A stretch of 64,000 bases of DNA from Labilithrix sp. (GCA_044227045.1 JBGAFW010000002.1:195457-259456); one strand, 5' to 3'. Shown: positions 9,211 to 19,661, counted from the first letter of the stretch. Program-made: numbers and translations. The notes: generated by a model not told the origin, from the sequence alone.

Positions 9211-10341
9211 TCATTTCACTCCTCCCGATTCTTTCGTCGCGCAGCCGAAGAGCACTTCCATCTGCCCGGCTTTGCCCTTCACACCCGCGCAGCTTCCTTC
9301 GCAGAGAAGAATGCGCTTCGGATTGTTCACGTCGTCGTATTGCCAACCGGTCCCTGCGGCGCAGGATTGGTTGTACGGAATCGTGTCGGTCGACGACCCA
9401 GACTTGTAGAGGACGTTGACCTTCGATCGATCGAGCTGCTCGCCGGCGGGCGGCGCAGGGATCTCGTAGTCGCACGAGAGCGCGCTCGCTTTGATCGTGT
9501 TCACCGCCTTCAAGAAGTCGGCTTGGATCTGCGCAGGCTCGCTCACGTTGACGATGAACGCGTTTTGGGTGCCTCCACCGGCGGCGATCTCTTTCAGGCT
9601 CGTGAGCTGGTTGCCGACGCCGATCACGTACGTTGGGATCGTCCCAGCGACGGTCGCGGCGAGTGACTTCACGTCCGGGATCGAGTTGCCCGAGCACTGC
9701 GAGTCGGGGATGCCGTCCGTCACGAGGACGATGGCGACGTTCCCATCCTTGCCGTCATTGGCGGCGACGTTCTTCGCGTAGTCGATCGCGCCTTGCATCG
9801 CGACGTACGTGGGCGTGCCACCGATCGGTGTCTGCACGTCCATGCTCTCGCCGAAGTCGACGTTCGGGAGCGCCGTCATCGCGACGCTGGGCGCGCTGTA
9901 GTCCGCCTTGCTGCAGGAGTAGTCCTCTTGATCGGGGAAGTAGGTCAGCGAGGCGTAGACTCCCTTCGAGTCTTGCGACTCGAAGAACGCCTTCGACGCG
10001 GCCTTCGCGGCGGCCCACTTCGGTGAGCCGCTCGACGTCATGCTGCCGGACTTGTCGAACATGAAGACGAGGTAGACAGGCTTCGGCGTCGCCGCGGCAG
10101 ACTTCGTCGCGCATTGCTTGAAGTCGTCGGGCGTGGACGCGCCCGCTCCCGAGGTCTCACCGCCGAGGGCGCCGCTCCCGTCCTCTCCGCCGAGCGACGG
10201 CGTGGTGCCTCCACCTTTCTTGAACGTCGACGAGGACGGCTCTGGCGCCGAGCAAGCCGCGAGGCCGAGCATCAGGCCGAGCGCGGTTAGGCCCAGCGCA
10301 CGCTTCGTCGATATCGTGGAAAAAGGTGAAAGTGACACCAT
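9211..10341 (-). CDS. von Willebrand factor type A (VWA) domain lipoprotein with a Cys-rich C-terminal domain
   Basis: Lipobox LGLAACS. MIDAS motif FDKSGSMTSS. Cys-rich C-terminus. Confidence 0.8.
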   Translation of the reverse strand: MVSLSPFSTISTKRALGLTALGLMLGLAACSAPEPSSSTFKKGGGTTPSLGGEDGSGALGGETSGAGASTPDDFKQCATKSAAATPKPVYLVFMFDKSGSMTSSGSPKWAAAKAASKAFFESQDSKGVYASLTYFPDQEDYSCSKADYSAPSVAMTALPNVDFGESMDVQTPIGGTPTYVAMQGAIDYAKNVAANDGKDGNVAIVLVTDGIPDSQCSGNSIPDVKSLAATVAGTIPTYVIGVGNQLTSLKEIAAGGGTQNAFIVNVSEPAQIQADFLKAVNTIKASALSCDYEIPAPPAGEQLDRSKVNVLYKSGSSTDTIPYNQSCAAGTGWQYDDVNNPKRILLCEGSCAGVKGKAGQMEVLFGCATKESGGVK

Positions 10342-10600
10342 GAAGGAACCTCCAAATTCGCCGGCATCCCAAACGCGACAAGCGCACGTTGGGCATCCGA
10401 GCGACGAGCTCATGCCGACCCGAGCGAACGGTGACGTTCGAAAATTCTTCTGGTGCAGTACGCGTGCCCAAGTAAAATCGAGGGTTTAGTGAGACTGGAA
10501 AGGTGACGATGTAGGCTAAAGTAGTAAGGAACTTACCAACCCAGATCATCCCTGTGGGGTCTCGGGCCTGGGGTGGCTAGAAACCATCCGAGGGTCGCGC

Positions 10601-11530
10601 GTGATCCGGAGAACGACGATGAAGGAGCGCAACGAAGAGAGCTCGCTCGAGCGAACGCACGACGAGCCGCGCGCGCACGAGAACCTGTTCTGGCGTCGCG
10701 CGGCAAGGTGGGGATCGAGCGGACCCGAGTGGTGGCTGAGGCACGGCCCTCGGTTCTTCGGATGGGGCGCCGCGCTGCTCGTCCCCTCGGCGCGGAGGGC
10801 CGTTCGGAGCAACCTGCATCGCCTGCGCGGGCCGGCTTCGCCGCTTCGCGACGCGCGCGACGTCCTCCAGACGTTCGGCACCTACGCGTCCTGTCTCGCC
10901 GAGGTGCTCTCGAACGACGCGCCAAGCGGACCGAAGAAGCCAGACGCGCTCGTCATCGGCGAGCGGTTCGTCCGCGCCGTGCTCCGCGAGCGCAAAGGGC
11001 TGGTGCTCGTCACCGCGCACACGGCGGGCTGGGACGTCGTGGGTCCGCTGCTAGGCAAGACGTATGGCCTCGATCTCATGCTCGTCACGCATGCCGAGCC
11101 GGACGCCAAGGCGGGGCAGCTGCAAGACGAAGCGAGGCGGCGCGGCGGCGTGTCGATCGCCCACGTCGGCGACGATCCGTTGAAGTCGCTGCCGCTCCTG
11201 CAACATCTGCGACGTGGCGGCGTCGTCGCGCTTCAACTCGATCGCGTGGTGCCTGGAATGCGGACGCGCTCGGTCCCGCTCCTCGGCGCGCAGGGTGAGG
11301 TGCCCGAGGGGCCGCTTCGTCTCGCGCAGCTCTCCGGCGCGCCGATCCTGCCCATTTTTTGCGCTCGGCGCTCGCATCGCGAGTACCTGGTGCAAGCGTT
11401 TGCGCCTCGGTACGTTCCGCGAAGCGCGACCGAAGAGACGCTCGACGAAGCGGCGGCCCACGTCGCCGCGTGCATGACGACCTTCCTTCGTGCACATCCG
11501 ACGCAATGGTTCCAGTTCGGCGGCGCGTAG
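10601..11530 (+). CDS. Lysophospholipid/lipid A biosynthesis acyltransferase (HtrB/LpxL-like LPLAT family)
   Basis: Family-typical layout and length of about 300 aa. HTAGWD (HX4D-like) block. C-terminal HPTQWFQF. Confidence 0.75.
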   Translation: MIRRTTMKERNEESSLERTHDEPRAHENLFWRRAARWGSSGPEWWLRHGPRFFGWGAALLVPSARRAVRSNLHRLRGPASPLRDARDVLQTFGTYASCLAEVLSNDAPSGPKKPDALVIGERFVRAVLRERKGLVLVTAHTAGWDVVGPLLGKTYGLDLMLVTHAEPDAKAGQLQDEARRRGGVSIAHVGDDPLKSLPLLQHLRRGGVVALQLDRVVPGMRTRSVPLLGAQGEVPEGPLRLAQLSGAPILPIFCARRSHREYLVQAFAPRYVPRSATEETLDEAAAHVAACMTTFLRAHPTQWFQFGGA

Positions 11531-11585
11531 CGTATACGGTGCCCTTGCGGCGTGGCCCCTAGGCCCAAGCGAGAACCAAGGCATC

Positions 11586-12341
11586 ATGGCGACGACACGA
11601 GTGCACATCGGGAGCAAGGAATTGCGAGGGGAGCTCGCGGCCTACGCGAAGCGCTTCGACCTCCTCGAGGTGCGTGGTGTCGATGCGGCGAACCTGAAGC
11701 AGGCGCCGTCGGCGGCCACGCTTCGTCGCTGGCGCAAAGCCGCCCCGCCCACGTTCGAGTTCGCCGTCACGGCCGGACCGAACGTCGGCAAGCTCAAGGC
11801 ATCGGACGCCTTCGAGACGGAGCTGAAGGCGCTGCTCGAGACGGCGACGACGCTCGAGTCGCAGCTGCTCGTCATTCCGACGCCGGCCGATGTCACGCCG
11901 AGCAAGCTCTCGCGCGATCGTTTCGCGAAGCTCCTCGAGCGCCTCCCGATGGATGCGTCGTCGATCGTCTGGGAGCCGAGCGGCCTCTGGGAGCTCGAGG
12001 ACGCCGCCGTCCAGGCGAAGAAGTGGAGCGTCGTGCTCTCGGTGGATCCTGCGCGCGATCTCGTCCCGGTTGGACCGGTCGCGTTCGCGCGCCTGCGTGC
12101 GCTTGGCGGGACGCGCTCGTACAGCGCGGCTGCGCTCGAGCGCGTGGTGAACGCCATCTCCGGAACGAACCAGGATCGCCGCGACGTCTACGTCGTGATC
12201 GAGACGCAGAGCGCGCTGAAAGAGGGCAAGACGCTCCGCGGGCTCTTCCGCGCCGCCAGCAAAGGCAACAAGGCGCTGTCGCGGCTCGTGCGACCGCGCG
12301 GCGCGCCGCTTGATCTCCCGGACGACGAGCAGGACGAGTAA
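11586..12341 (+). CDS. DUF72 (YecE-like) family protein
   Basis: N-terminal VHIGSKELRGELAAYAKRFDLLEV matches the DUF72 signature (G..GW....Y......LE.YA..F..VE). Confidence 0.7.
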   Translation: MATTRVHIGSKELRGELAAYAKRFDLLEVRGVDAANLKQAPSAATLRRWRKAAPPTFEFAVTAGPNVGKLKASDAFETELKALLETATTLESQLLVIPTPADVTPSKLSRDRFAKLLERLPMDASSIVWEPSGLWELEDAAVQAKKWSVVLSVDPARDLVPVGPVAFARLRALGGTRSYSAAALERVVNAISGTNQDRRDVYVVIETQSALKEGKTLRGLFRAASKGNKALSRLVRPRGAPLDLPDDEQDE

Positions 12342-12346
12342 CCGAG

Positions 12347-13501
12347 ATGGCGCTTCGTAAAGCAAGAGCGACGGTCGCGTCATTGCCCGAGATCGAAGCG
12401 GCAGCCGAGGAGCTGCTTCGACGAGGCAACGCGATCGACGCCGTCGTCGCAGGGGTCTTCGCGGCGTGCGCGATGTCGGCGGGCGTGCTTCTCGGTCCCG
12501 TCCAGATCCTCGTCGGCGGCGCCGGCGCGGGCCTGCTCGCGATCGACGGGCGCACGCGTCAGCCGGGCATCGGCGCTCCGCGTCCGCGCGGCTTTCAAAA
12601 CGACGAAGAGGTGCCGGACGCGGCGCGCGTCGCGACGCCATGGCTTCCGGCGGCGCTCTCGGTCGCGACCGCCACGATGGGGTCGGCCACGTTCGCCCAG
12701 GTGCTCGCGCCTGCGGTGAGCCTCGCCAAAGGGACGCCTCGCGCGGAGCTCCTGCAGAAGATCGCGTCACGTGGTCCACGCGCGATCGAAGAGCGACCGC
12801 TCGGCGTCGAGCTGCTCGCGTCGTGCGGACGTCCGAGCGGCGGTCTCCTCACGAGCGACGACCTCTCGTCACCGCGTCCCGAGGTACAGAAGGCCGCGCG
12901 GATCGATCGCCCCACGAGCGCGATGATCAACGAAGCAGCATCCTCGCACGGCGCGAACATCAGCAACGCGCCGATGAGCGGCCGGAGCCGCGCCGCTGCG
13001 CTCGCCGCAGAGCTCGCGAAGAAGCGCGCGGCGGCAGGCACCGCGGAAGAGCCCCGCGTGCTCATCACGTTCCCGTGGACGCACATCGACAACGGCCTGC
13101 CCGAGGCGCCCGCCCACGACGTCGACGTCGCGCGCGTCCGGGCGGTCTGCGCGGTGGACCGCAACGGCACGTTCGCGATCGGGTGCTGGGACGAGCCGAC
13201 CGACGGCCTCTTGATCCCCGACCTCGGGCTTCGTGCGCCCTTCTTCGCAGAGCCGGTGCGCCGCGGTCAGACGCGCGTGCGACCTGGCGATCCGCGCCCG
13301 GCCGCTGGCCCCGCGGCGCTCCTCGGAACGGCAGCAAGCCCCGAGATCGCGTTCGCGGCGTTTGGCGCCGCCGATGCGTACGATGTGCTGGCCCAAGCGA
13401 TCGCCGGCCTCGACGACGACCAACGCATCGAAGCGCACGGTGAAGCCAGGCTCGTCGCGCTCGCCCACGCCAAGGGCACAGCGTCCGTCCTCCGCGGCTA
13501 A
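12347..13501 (+). CDS. Gamma-glutamyltranspeptidase-like protein. It is truncated relative to catalytic GGTs (about 530-580 aa) and is probably non-catalytic.
   Basis: N-terminal GNAIDAVVAGVFAACAMSAGVLLGP resembles the GGT GGNAVDAAVA motif. No signal peptide. Only 384 aa. No obvious TTHxS autoprocessing site. Confidence 0.45.
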   Translation: MALRKARATVASLPEIEAAAEELLRRGNAIDAVVAGVFAACAMSAGVLLGPVQILVGGAGAGLLAIDGRTRQPGIGAPRPRGFQNDEEVPDAARVATPWLPAALSVATATMGSATFAQVLAPAVSLAKGTPRAELLQKIASRGPRAIEERPLGVELLASCGRPSGGLLTSDDLSSPRPEVQKAARIDRPTSAMINEAASSHGANISNAPMSGRSRAAALAAELAKKRAAAGTAEEPRVLITFPWTHIDNGLPEAPAHDVDVARVRAVCAVDRNGTFAIGCWDEPTDGLLIPDLGLRAPFFAEPVRRGQTRVRPGDPRPAAGPAALLGTAASPEIAFAAFGAADAYDVLAQAIAGLDDDQRIEAHGEARLVALAHAKGTASVLRG

Positions 13502-13627
13502 GCGCGCTCGATCGTCATCCAGACCGACGAAGCGGGAACGACGAAGCGGGAACGACGAAGCCGCGCGGCGCTACCTCGACATGAGGGCGCAACGCGGCCT
13601 TGATGCTCGCGCGTATTCGTCAGCTTG

Positions 13628-13852
13628 TCAGAGCTTGACGCCGTGACGCTTCGCGTACGCGACGACGCCGATCTTGTCGATCGTGCGGATGTCGCGCGTC
13701 GTCAGCTTCAGCGAGACGTAGCGATTCAGCTCGGGAACCCAAACGCGGCGCGTCTGGATGTTCACGTTCTGCCAGCGCTTCGTCTTGATGTTCGAGTGGG
13801 AGACGTTTTGCGCCTTCAGCTTGCGCTTGCCAGTAATGTCGCTCTTCGCCAT
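13628..13852 (-). CDS. rpmB: 50S ribosomal protein L28
   Basis: MAKSDITGKRKLKAQNVSHSNIKTKRWQNVNIQTRR... matches L28 ([27 protein letters not shown].PNL). Confidence 0.85.
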   Translation of the reverse strand: MAKSDITGKRKLKAQNVSHSNIKTKRWQNVNIQTRRVWVPELNRYVSLKLTTRDIRTIDKIGVVAYAKRHGVKL

Positions 13853-14068
13853 GACCAAAGTCCTTGAAAGGGCGCGAAACTTGGCGGAAACGGCTCACCG
13901 TGTCAAGCGCAGCTTGACGCTGGCCGCTCGACCCGGCGCCTCGAGGCGCGGCTGACCCGAGCTCGATGCGAGGCCAAAAGGGCCATTTTGACCGGGTTTC
14001 ATGATGATTTCGCGGGCGTCCTCATGACGCCAGCGCGCGCCGCGGGCCCGCCGCTTTTTTTGCGTGGG

Positions 14069-14908
14069 TTACGGCTTCACCGCGCCGACGCGGTCGACGA
14101 GCTCGCTGCAGAAGGCCTTCACCCGCTCGAAGGCGGGCGTCTTCTTCAGCGTGAGCTCCTCCATATAGAGGCGGCGCGCGAGCTCGACTTGGACGACGTG
14201 GGCGGACTCGGCCGGCCGGCCGTAGTTCAGCGTCGTGAAGCCGCCTTGGTACGGGTCGTCGTGCGCGACGGTGAAGCCGGCGCTTCGGGCGTGCGCGTCG
14301 ACCGCGTCGATGAAGGTGCGGCTCGCGCTCGTCCGACCGCGGGTGCCGGGGACGACGTCCGCGCGGTGCACGTGAGGGTCCCCATGGGTCGCGCGGCCGA
14401 CGCTCGGCATCGAGTGGGCGGCGATCAGGATCGCATAGCCGAATTTCGCGCGCTTTCGCTCGATGAGCGAGGTGATCGCGCGATGGTACGGGCGGTAGTA
14501 TGCGTCGAGGCGGCGCTCGAGCTCGACACGCGGGAGCGGGGCGTCGAGGACGCGCGCGCCCTCGCTCGTGAGGCGCCACACGACGCCGCGTGTCGCGCGG
14601 ATGTTCGTCGGCGCGCCTTCCACCGACTCGGAGTCGATGTCTTTCTCGCTTCGATTGAGATCGACGACGTAGCGCGACACGTGCGCGACGATCATCGTCG
14701 CGCCGCGCGACGGGGCGTCGGCATAGAGCTCGTCGACGTAGAGGTCGGCGTCGCGACCGATCGAGCGGGCAGGGGCGGCGAGCGTGGCGAGCGAAGGACC
14801 GTCCACCCACAGACCACCGTGAGGAACCTCGACGATGACGGGCGTTTCGGACGCAGCCGGCGTGGGCTCGTAGATCGAGAAGGGGGTCACGGCGCTCGGG
14901 GTGGTCAC
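14069..14908 (-). CDS. N-formylglutamate amidohydrolase (HutG-like) family protein
   Basis: EVPHGG motif and family-typical length and composition. Confidence 0.7.
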   Translation of the reverse strand: MTTPSAVTPFSIYEPTPAASETPVIVEVPHGGLWVDGPSLATLAAPARSIGRDADLYVDELYADAPSRGATMIVAHVSRYVVDLNRSEKDIDSESVEGAPTNIRATRGVVWRLTSEGARVLDAPLPRVELERRLDAYYRPYHRAITSLIERKRAKFGYAILIAAHSMPSVGRATHGDPHVHRADVVPGTRGRTSASRTFIDAVDAHARSAGFTVAHDDPYQGGFTTLNYGRPAESAHVVQVELARRLYMEELTLKKTPAFERVKAFCSELVDRVGAVKP

Positions 14909-14991
14909 GGAGGTCGCTTCACAAACCTAGCCGCCCCGCCAGACGAAAACTCGACAAAAACCAACGCGACGGAAAATCGCCGGCCGACCCG

Positions 14992-15888
14992 TCACGCGCG
15001 TGGATGCGCGCGATCGAAGGCGGCGCGGACGTGGTCTTGCGCGACGCGTGTGTAGATCTCGGTGGTGCCGAGATCGGCATGTCCGAGCATGGCTTGGACC
15101 GCGCGAAGGTCGGCGCCTCCACGGAGGAGGTGGGTCGCGAACGAGTGACGAAGCTTGTGCGGCGAGATCGGCGTCGTGATCCCGCAGGCGCGAGCGTAGG
15201 CCTTGAGGAGCTTCCACAGGCCCTGCCGGGTGAAGCGTTTGCCGCGCGGCGAGAGGAAGAGGTGCTTGTCGCGCGCGGCGCCCTTGTTCATGAGACGTAC
15301 GGTGTCGACGTAGCGGTCGATGCGATCGAGCGCGATCTGCCCGACCGGGACGACACGACGCTTTCCGCCTTTGCCGAGCGGCGAGACGGTGCCGACGCGG
15401 CGATCGAGCTCGCCGAGCTCGAGGTTGCACAGCTCCGAGACGCGAAGGCCCGAGGCGTACATCAAATGGATCATCGCGCTGTCGCGGATCCCGCGCGCGG
15501 TGTCCTCGGGCGGCGCGGCGAGCAGGCGATCGACCTCTTCGTAGGAGAGGACACGCGGGAGCTTCCGCGCGAGCTTCGGGCGCTCGACCATCTCGGTGGG
15601 ATCGGCGGCGATCGCGCGCTCCTTGACGAGGAACTTGAAGAAGCCGCGCATCGCCGAGAGCTGGCGTGCGCTCGAACGGGCGGATTTGCCGCGCTTGCTC
15701 GCGCTGATCACGAGGTCGAGGACGCTCGCGCCGTCGATGCGCTTGACGTCGTCCGCGGCGTCTTCACCGAGGTGCTTGGCGAGCTCGTTGAGGTCGCGTG
15801 CGTAGGCCTCGAGGGTGTTCTTCGACAGCGCGCGCTCCACGCGAAGATGATCGAGGTACGTGTCGATCCATCCGTGGATGTCCATCAT
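14992..15888 (-). CDS. xerD: Tyrosine site-specific recombinase XerD/XerC (chromosome dimer resolution)
   Basis: N-terminal SAM-like domain (LDHLRVERALSKNTLEAYARDL). Catalytic R...HxLRHSFAT...Y (LGHADLGTTEIYT) motifs. Confidence 0.8.
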   Translation of the reverse strand: MMDIHGWIDTYLDHLRVERALSKNTLEAYARDLNELAKHLGEDAADDVKRIDGASVLDLVISASKRGKSARSSARQLSAMRGFFKFLVKERAIAADPTEMVERPKLARKLPRVLSYEEVDRLLAAPPEDTARGIRDSAMIHLMYASGLRVSELCNLELGELDRRVGTVSPLGKGGKRRVVPVGQIALDRIDRYVDTVRLMNKGAARDKHLFLSPRGKRFTRQGLWKLLKAYARACGITTPISPHKLRHSFATHLLRGGADLRAVQAMLGHADLGTTEIYTRVAQDHVRAAFDRAHPRA

Positions 15889-15940
15889 CAGGCTTGGCGT
15901 GATCATACGTCTCCCGATCACGCGGGGCAAACACGCGTCG

Positions 15941-16768
15941 CTAGAGCGTGGCGGCGGCGGCGTGCATCGAGGCGAGGAGCGCCGCCGGGTCGTCTTCGCG
16001 CATCAGCGCCTCGCCGATGAGCGCCGCGTCCGCGCGCGTCTTGGCGATCGCAGCGACGTCTCCGGCGGTCTTCAGCCCCGACAGGTGGATCGCGATTGAC
16101 GTCGCCGGGATGCCCGCGAGCACCTTGGCGGCGCGCTCGGCGTCCATGGCGAGGGTGTCCAGATCGCGCGCGTTGACTCCGATCGTGTCGGCTCCGGCGT
16201 CGATCGCCACGCGAAGCTCGTCTTCGGTCGCGACCTCGACGAGCGGCTCGAGGCCCGTGCTCTTCGCGTGCGCGACGAGCTCGCCGAGAGTCTTCGGATC
16301 GACGATGCGCACGATGAGGAGCACCGCGTCGGCGCCGCGCGCGACGGCCTCGTCGATCTGCCTCGGGGAGAGGATGAACTCCTTGGCCAGGATCGCGACG
16401 TCTTCGATGCGCGCCTCGGAGAACGCGCTTCGCGACTCGGTGAGGTGGATGTAGCCGCCGTCGAAGAACGTGGTGTCGCAGAGGACGCTGACCATCGCAG
16501 CGCCTCCGCGCGCGTAGGCGACGGCGCGGGCGCCGACCGACAGCTTCGTCGAGAGCGCGCCGGCGCTCGGGCTCCTCCGCTTGATCTCGGCGATGAGACG
16601 GAGACCTTCTCGAGAGCCATGCGCTGGCGATCGCCGGAGCCGCTCTCGCACGAGGGAGCGTCGGGGCGAGAAGCGTGTCGCGATCGGGCGGCCTTGAACG
16701 AGCGTCGCGATCTCTTCGCGCTTCACGCGGACGATCTCGTCGAGGACGCCGGCTTGGTCGCGTGTCAT
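15941..16768 (-). CDS. trpC: Indole-3-glycerol phosphate synthase
   Basis: LDEIV..K..E, LIAEIKRRSPS and IGVNARDL motifs. Start at MTRDQ abuts the trpD stop. Confidence 0.85.
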   Translation of the reverse strand: MTRDQAGVLDEIVRVKREEIATLVQGRPIATRFSPRRSLVRERLRRSPAHGSREGLRLIAEIKRRSPSAGALSTKLSVGARAVAYARGGAAMVSVLCDTTFFDGGYIHLTESRSAFSEARIEDVAILAKEFILSPRQIDEAVARGADAVLLIVRIVDPKTLGELVAHAKSTGLEPLVEVATEDELRVAIDAGADTIGVNARDLDTLAMDAERAAKVLAGIPATSIAIHLSGLKTAGDVAAIAKTRADAALIGEALMREDDPAALLASMHAAAATL

Positions 16769-17847
16769 TTCGTGGGCGCTCCTTTCTTTGCGGCGTCCGA
16801 CGCGAGCGCGCGCCATTGCTCGAGCGTCTCGCGCGCGCGTCCGCTTGCGATCGCGTCGCGGGCACGCTCGGCGCTCGTCTTCAACACGCCTTCATCAGCG
16901 TCGCCGCTCGCGACGACGAGCGCGGCGGCGGCGTTGAGCACGATCGCGTCGACCGCCGGATGCGCCGCGCCGCTCAGGATGCGGGTGATGACGCTGGCGT
17001 TGGCGGAGGCGTCGCCGCCAGCGAGCGCGCTCACGTCGAAGCGAGCGACGCCGAAGTCCTCGGGGCGGACGACGCGCTCACTGACGGAGCCGTCTTCGCG
17101 GAGGATGCTCACGCGCGTGGGCGCGGCGGGGCTGATCTCGTCGAGGCCGTCTTCGCTTCGCACGACCCATGCGCGCCGGACGCCGAGCTTGCCGAGGGCA
17201 GCGGCTGCGATCGGGCGCAGCGCGTCGTCGTACACCCCGACGAGCTGGTAGGTGGTCCGCGCGGGGTTCACGAGCGGTCCGAGCGCGTTGAAGATCGTGC
17301 GGACGCCGAGCTCACGGCGTGCCGTCGCCGCGTGACGCAGGGCGGGATGATGCGCGGGCGCCATCAAGAAGGCGATCTTGGCGTCTCGGAGGATCGCCGC
17401 TTGATGCGACGGATCGAGGTCGATCGGGATCCCGAGCGCGTCGATGACGTCGGCGCTGCCGCATCGGCTCGAGACGGAGCGATTGCCGTGCTTGGCGACG
17501 TGCACACCGCACGCGGCGACGACGATCGCGGCGCCGGTCGATACGTTGATCGTGTGCGCCCCGTCGCCGCCGGTGCCGCACGTGTCGAGCACGTGCTCGA
17601 GGTCGTGGTCGACAGCGGTCATCACCGAGCGAAGCGCCTCGGCAGCGGCGACGATCGCCTCGGCGGTCTCGGCGCCGCGTAGCCGAAGCGCAGCGGCGAA
17701 GGCGCCGATCTGCACGGGGGTCCACGCGCCCGCGAAGATCGCGCCGAACGCAGCGCGCACTTGGTCGGGCGCGATGACGCCGTCGCGCTCGATCAACGCG
17801 AAGACGGAGGCGAACGTCGGGTGTTCCGCTGAGGCGCCGCTGCTCAT
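16765..17847 (-). CDS. trpD: Anthranilate phosphoribosyltransferase
   Basis: [16 protein letters not shown] and [15 protein letters not shown] motifs. Confidence 0.9.
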   Translation of the reverse strand: MSSGASAEHPTFASVFALIERDGVIAPDQVRAAFGAIFAGAWTPVQIGAFAAALRLRGAETAEAIVAAAEALRSVMTAVDHDLEHVLDTCGTGGDGAHTINVSTGAAIVVAACGVHVAKHGNRSVSSRCGSADVIDALGIPIDLDPSHQAAILRDAKIAFLMAPAHHPALRHAATARRELGVRTIFNALGPLVNPARTTYQLVGVYDDALRPIAAAALGKLGVRRAWVVRSEDGLDEISPAAPTRVSILREDGSVSERVVRPEDFGVARFDVSALAGGDASANASVITRILSGAAHPAVDAIVLNAAAALVVASGDADEGVLKTSAERARDAIASGRARETLEQWRALASDAAKKGAPTK

Positions 17848-18419
17848 GACAAGGACAGCGAGCGCACCCAGTTGGAGATCAGGTCTTTGCCGTGCGTCGT
17901 CAGCACGCTCTCGGGATGGAACTGGACGCCTTCGATCCGCTTCTCTTTGTGCGCGAGCCCCATGATCTCACCTTCGGCTGTCCACGCCGTGACGGTGAGG
18001 CAGTCGGGGAGCGACGCGCGCTCGACGATGAGCGAGTGGTAACGGGTCGCCTCGAAGGGCGAGGGGAGGCCACGAAAGACGCCCACGTCGTCGTGCAGGA
18101 TCGGCGACGTGCGACCGTGCATCAAGCGGTCGGCGCGAATGACCTTGCCGCCAAACGCCTGCCCGATCGACTGATGGCCGAGGCATACGCCGAGCACCGG
18201 CACGGCCGCCGCTTCGATCGCGGCGAGCGAGACGCCGGCTTCGTTGGGCGTGCACGGACCGGGCGAGATCAAGAGGCCTTGGATGTCGGCCATCGAGCGG
18301 ATCGCGCTCGCGTCGATGGCGTCGTTCTTCACGACGCGTGACTCTGCGCCAAGCTCGCCGAGGTATTGCACGAGGTTGTACGTGAACGAGTCGTAGTTAT
18401 CGATCACGAGCACACGCAT
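17844..18419 (-). CDS. trpG: Anthranilate synthase component II (glutamine amidotransferase, TrpG/PabA)
   Basis: Class I GATase. GVCLGHQ catalytic Cys. HPES C-terminal motif. Confidence 0.85.
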   Translation of the reverse strand: MRVLVIDNYDSFTYNLVQYLGELGAESRVVKNDAIDASAIRSMADIQGLLISPGPCTPNEAGVSLAAIEAAAVPVLGVCLGHQSIGQAFGGKVIRADRLMHGRTSPILHDDVGVFRGLPSPFEATRYHSLIVERASLPDCLTVTAWTAEGEIMGLAHKEKRIEGVQFHPESVLTTHGKDLISNWVRSLSLS

Positions 18420-18490
18420 GGCCCGGCATCATTGAAGCATGACGTCGTGGTCCGGTCGACCCGGCGGATCCCGAAGCGCTCGCGCTCGCT

Positions 18491-18973
18491 TCAGCGACCT
18501 TCGCGGATGTCGACCGTCGCGGCGAGCGCACGGCGCTCGATCTTCGCTTGCGCTTCCATCGAGTCGAGCAGCTTCTGCGGGTCGCTGCTCTTGATCGCTT
18601 CGGTGTAGGGACCGATCTCGGCCTTGCGGTCGCTCAAGATCTTGCCGAGCGTCTCCTTCTTCGACCGTCCCCACTCGGTCTTCGTCTCGGTCTGCTGGGC
18701 ACGCTCGAGGCCAGCCTCGATCGCCGGCTTCGCGCGTTGGTCGAGCGCTTCGATCGCGCCCGGGATGTTGCCTTTGCGGGCCGCGTCGTCCGCTTCGGCC
18801 ATCGCCTTCGACGCACGAACGTCTTGCTCGATGATGAGCTCGATCTTCGGACGGTCTTCCTGCCGGAGCTCGGCTTCGCTCTTCGTGCAGCCCATGAGGA
18901 GCGCGAACGAGAACGAGAGGAGGACGACCCCCGATCGAGAAGGAGGAAGAGAAAGAGGACGACGAAAGCTCAC
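18491..18973 (-). CDS. Hypothetical lipoprotein
   Basis: Signal peptide with lipobox LLMGCT. Charged, helical mature region. Confidence 0.55.
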   Translation of the reverse strand: MSFRRPLSLPPSRSGVVLLSFSFALLMGCTKSEAELRQEDRPKIELIIEQDVRASKAMAEADDAARKGNIPGAIEALDQRAKPAIEAGLERAQQTETKTEWGRSKKETLGKILSDRKAEIGPYTEAIKSSDPQKLLDSMEAQAKIERRALAATVDIREGR

Positions 18974-19308
18974 GCCGCGAGCGTACGCAGAAACTTCTTG
19001 AGGCGCGCGCGGTCAATCGAGCTGGCTGCGAGGATTTGGTACGCCTCACGGTCGCCCACTCTCCGAACACGTTTGGCCCACGCCCAGAAAGGACGCGGCG
19101 TCTGGCTCTGCTCGTCCGTCACCGACAGCTCGAGGGCGAAGGCATCCGGCTCGTCTTCGCGCGGAAGATGCGGCTCAGAGATGCGTCGCACGAAGACGCC
19201 GTCCATCGATGCGTCGATCAGCTCCACCGCGAACGGCATTCCACCGATGTACTTGTTGGCGAAGCGGCCATGCATCGCGACCCGAGATTCACGCCGATTG
19301 TCCATCAT
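18970..19308 (-). CDS. PilZ-domain-like protein (putative c-di-GMP receptor)
   Basis: RRESRV (RxxxR-like) and DASMDGVFV (D.S.GG-like) motifs. Its stop overlaps the upstream lipoprotein start by 4 nt. Confidence 0.45.
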   Translation of the reverse strand: MMDNRRESRVAMHGRFANKYIGGMPFAVELIDASMDGVFVRRISEPHLPREDEPDAFALELSVTDEQSQTPRPFWAWAKRVRRVGDREAYQILAASSIDRARLKKFLRTLAA

Positions 19309-19661
19309 CCTCGAATGGTGGGATAATGTATGTGCGATGGCCAAGCTTATGGTGTCGCGATCCGATGGGCTAAACCCCGATCAAGCGCTCGCCAAAAGGA
19401 CAAACCTCACAAGCGCATCTCAAGACGCCCATCTCGTAAAAAGAAGTCCAAACCAACGGCCAAAGCGGGTTTGAAGGAGAGGTTCATGCGCACAAACCGA
19501 CGCGTGGCTTTTCCGGCGCCCCTCCGAAGGAGGCGAGTGTGGCTCTTGAGCAGCGGCCGAGCGGCAAGCCCGCAACCAATCTTGCGTAATTTTCCGGAAA
19601 ACAATATGGTGACGCGCGTTTTCTGCTGATCTCACGACGCACGATCGCTCTCGCGATCTCG

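Noticed and set aside
10414-10600. Low-GC 190-bp stretch considered as a small RNA or tRNA
   Set aside because: No cloverleaf or conserved tRNA features are visible. It is more simply the divergent promoter region between the VWA and acyltransferase genes.
14992-15888. XerD as evidence of a mobile element or integrated island
   Set aside because: There is no adjacent tRNA, att-like repeat, phage or conjugation gene. The architecture matches chromosomal XerC/XerD dimer-resolution recombinases, and housekeeping neighbours (trp operon, rpmB) surround it.
15918-16865. 315-aa minus-strand Arg-rich ORF overlapping trpC in another frame
   Set aside because: trpC in the alternative frame has convincing motifs. 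This frame is RRRR-type noise.
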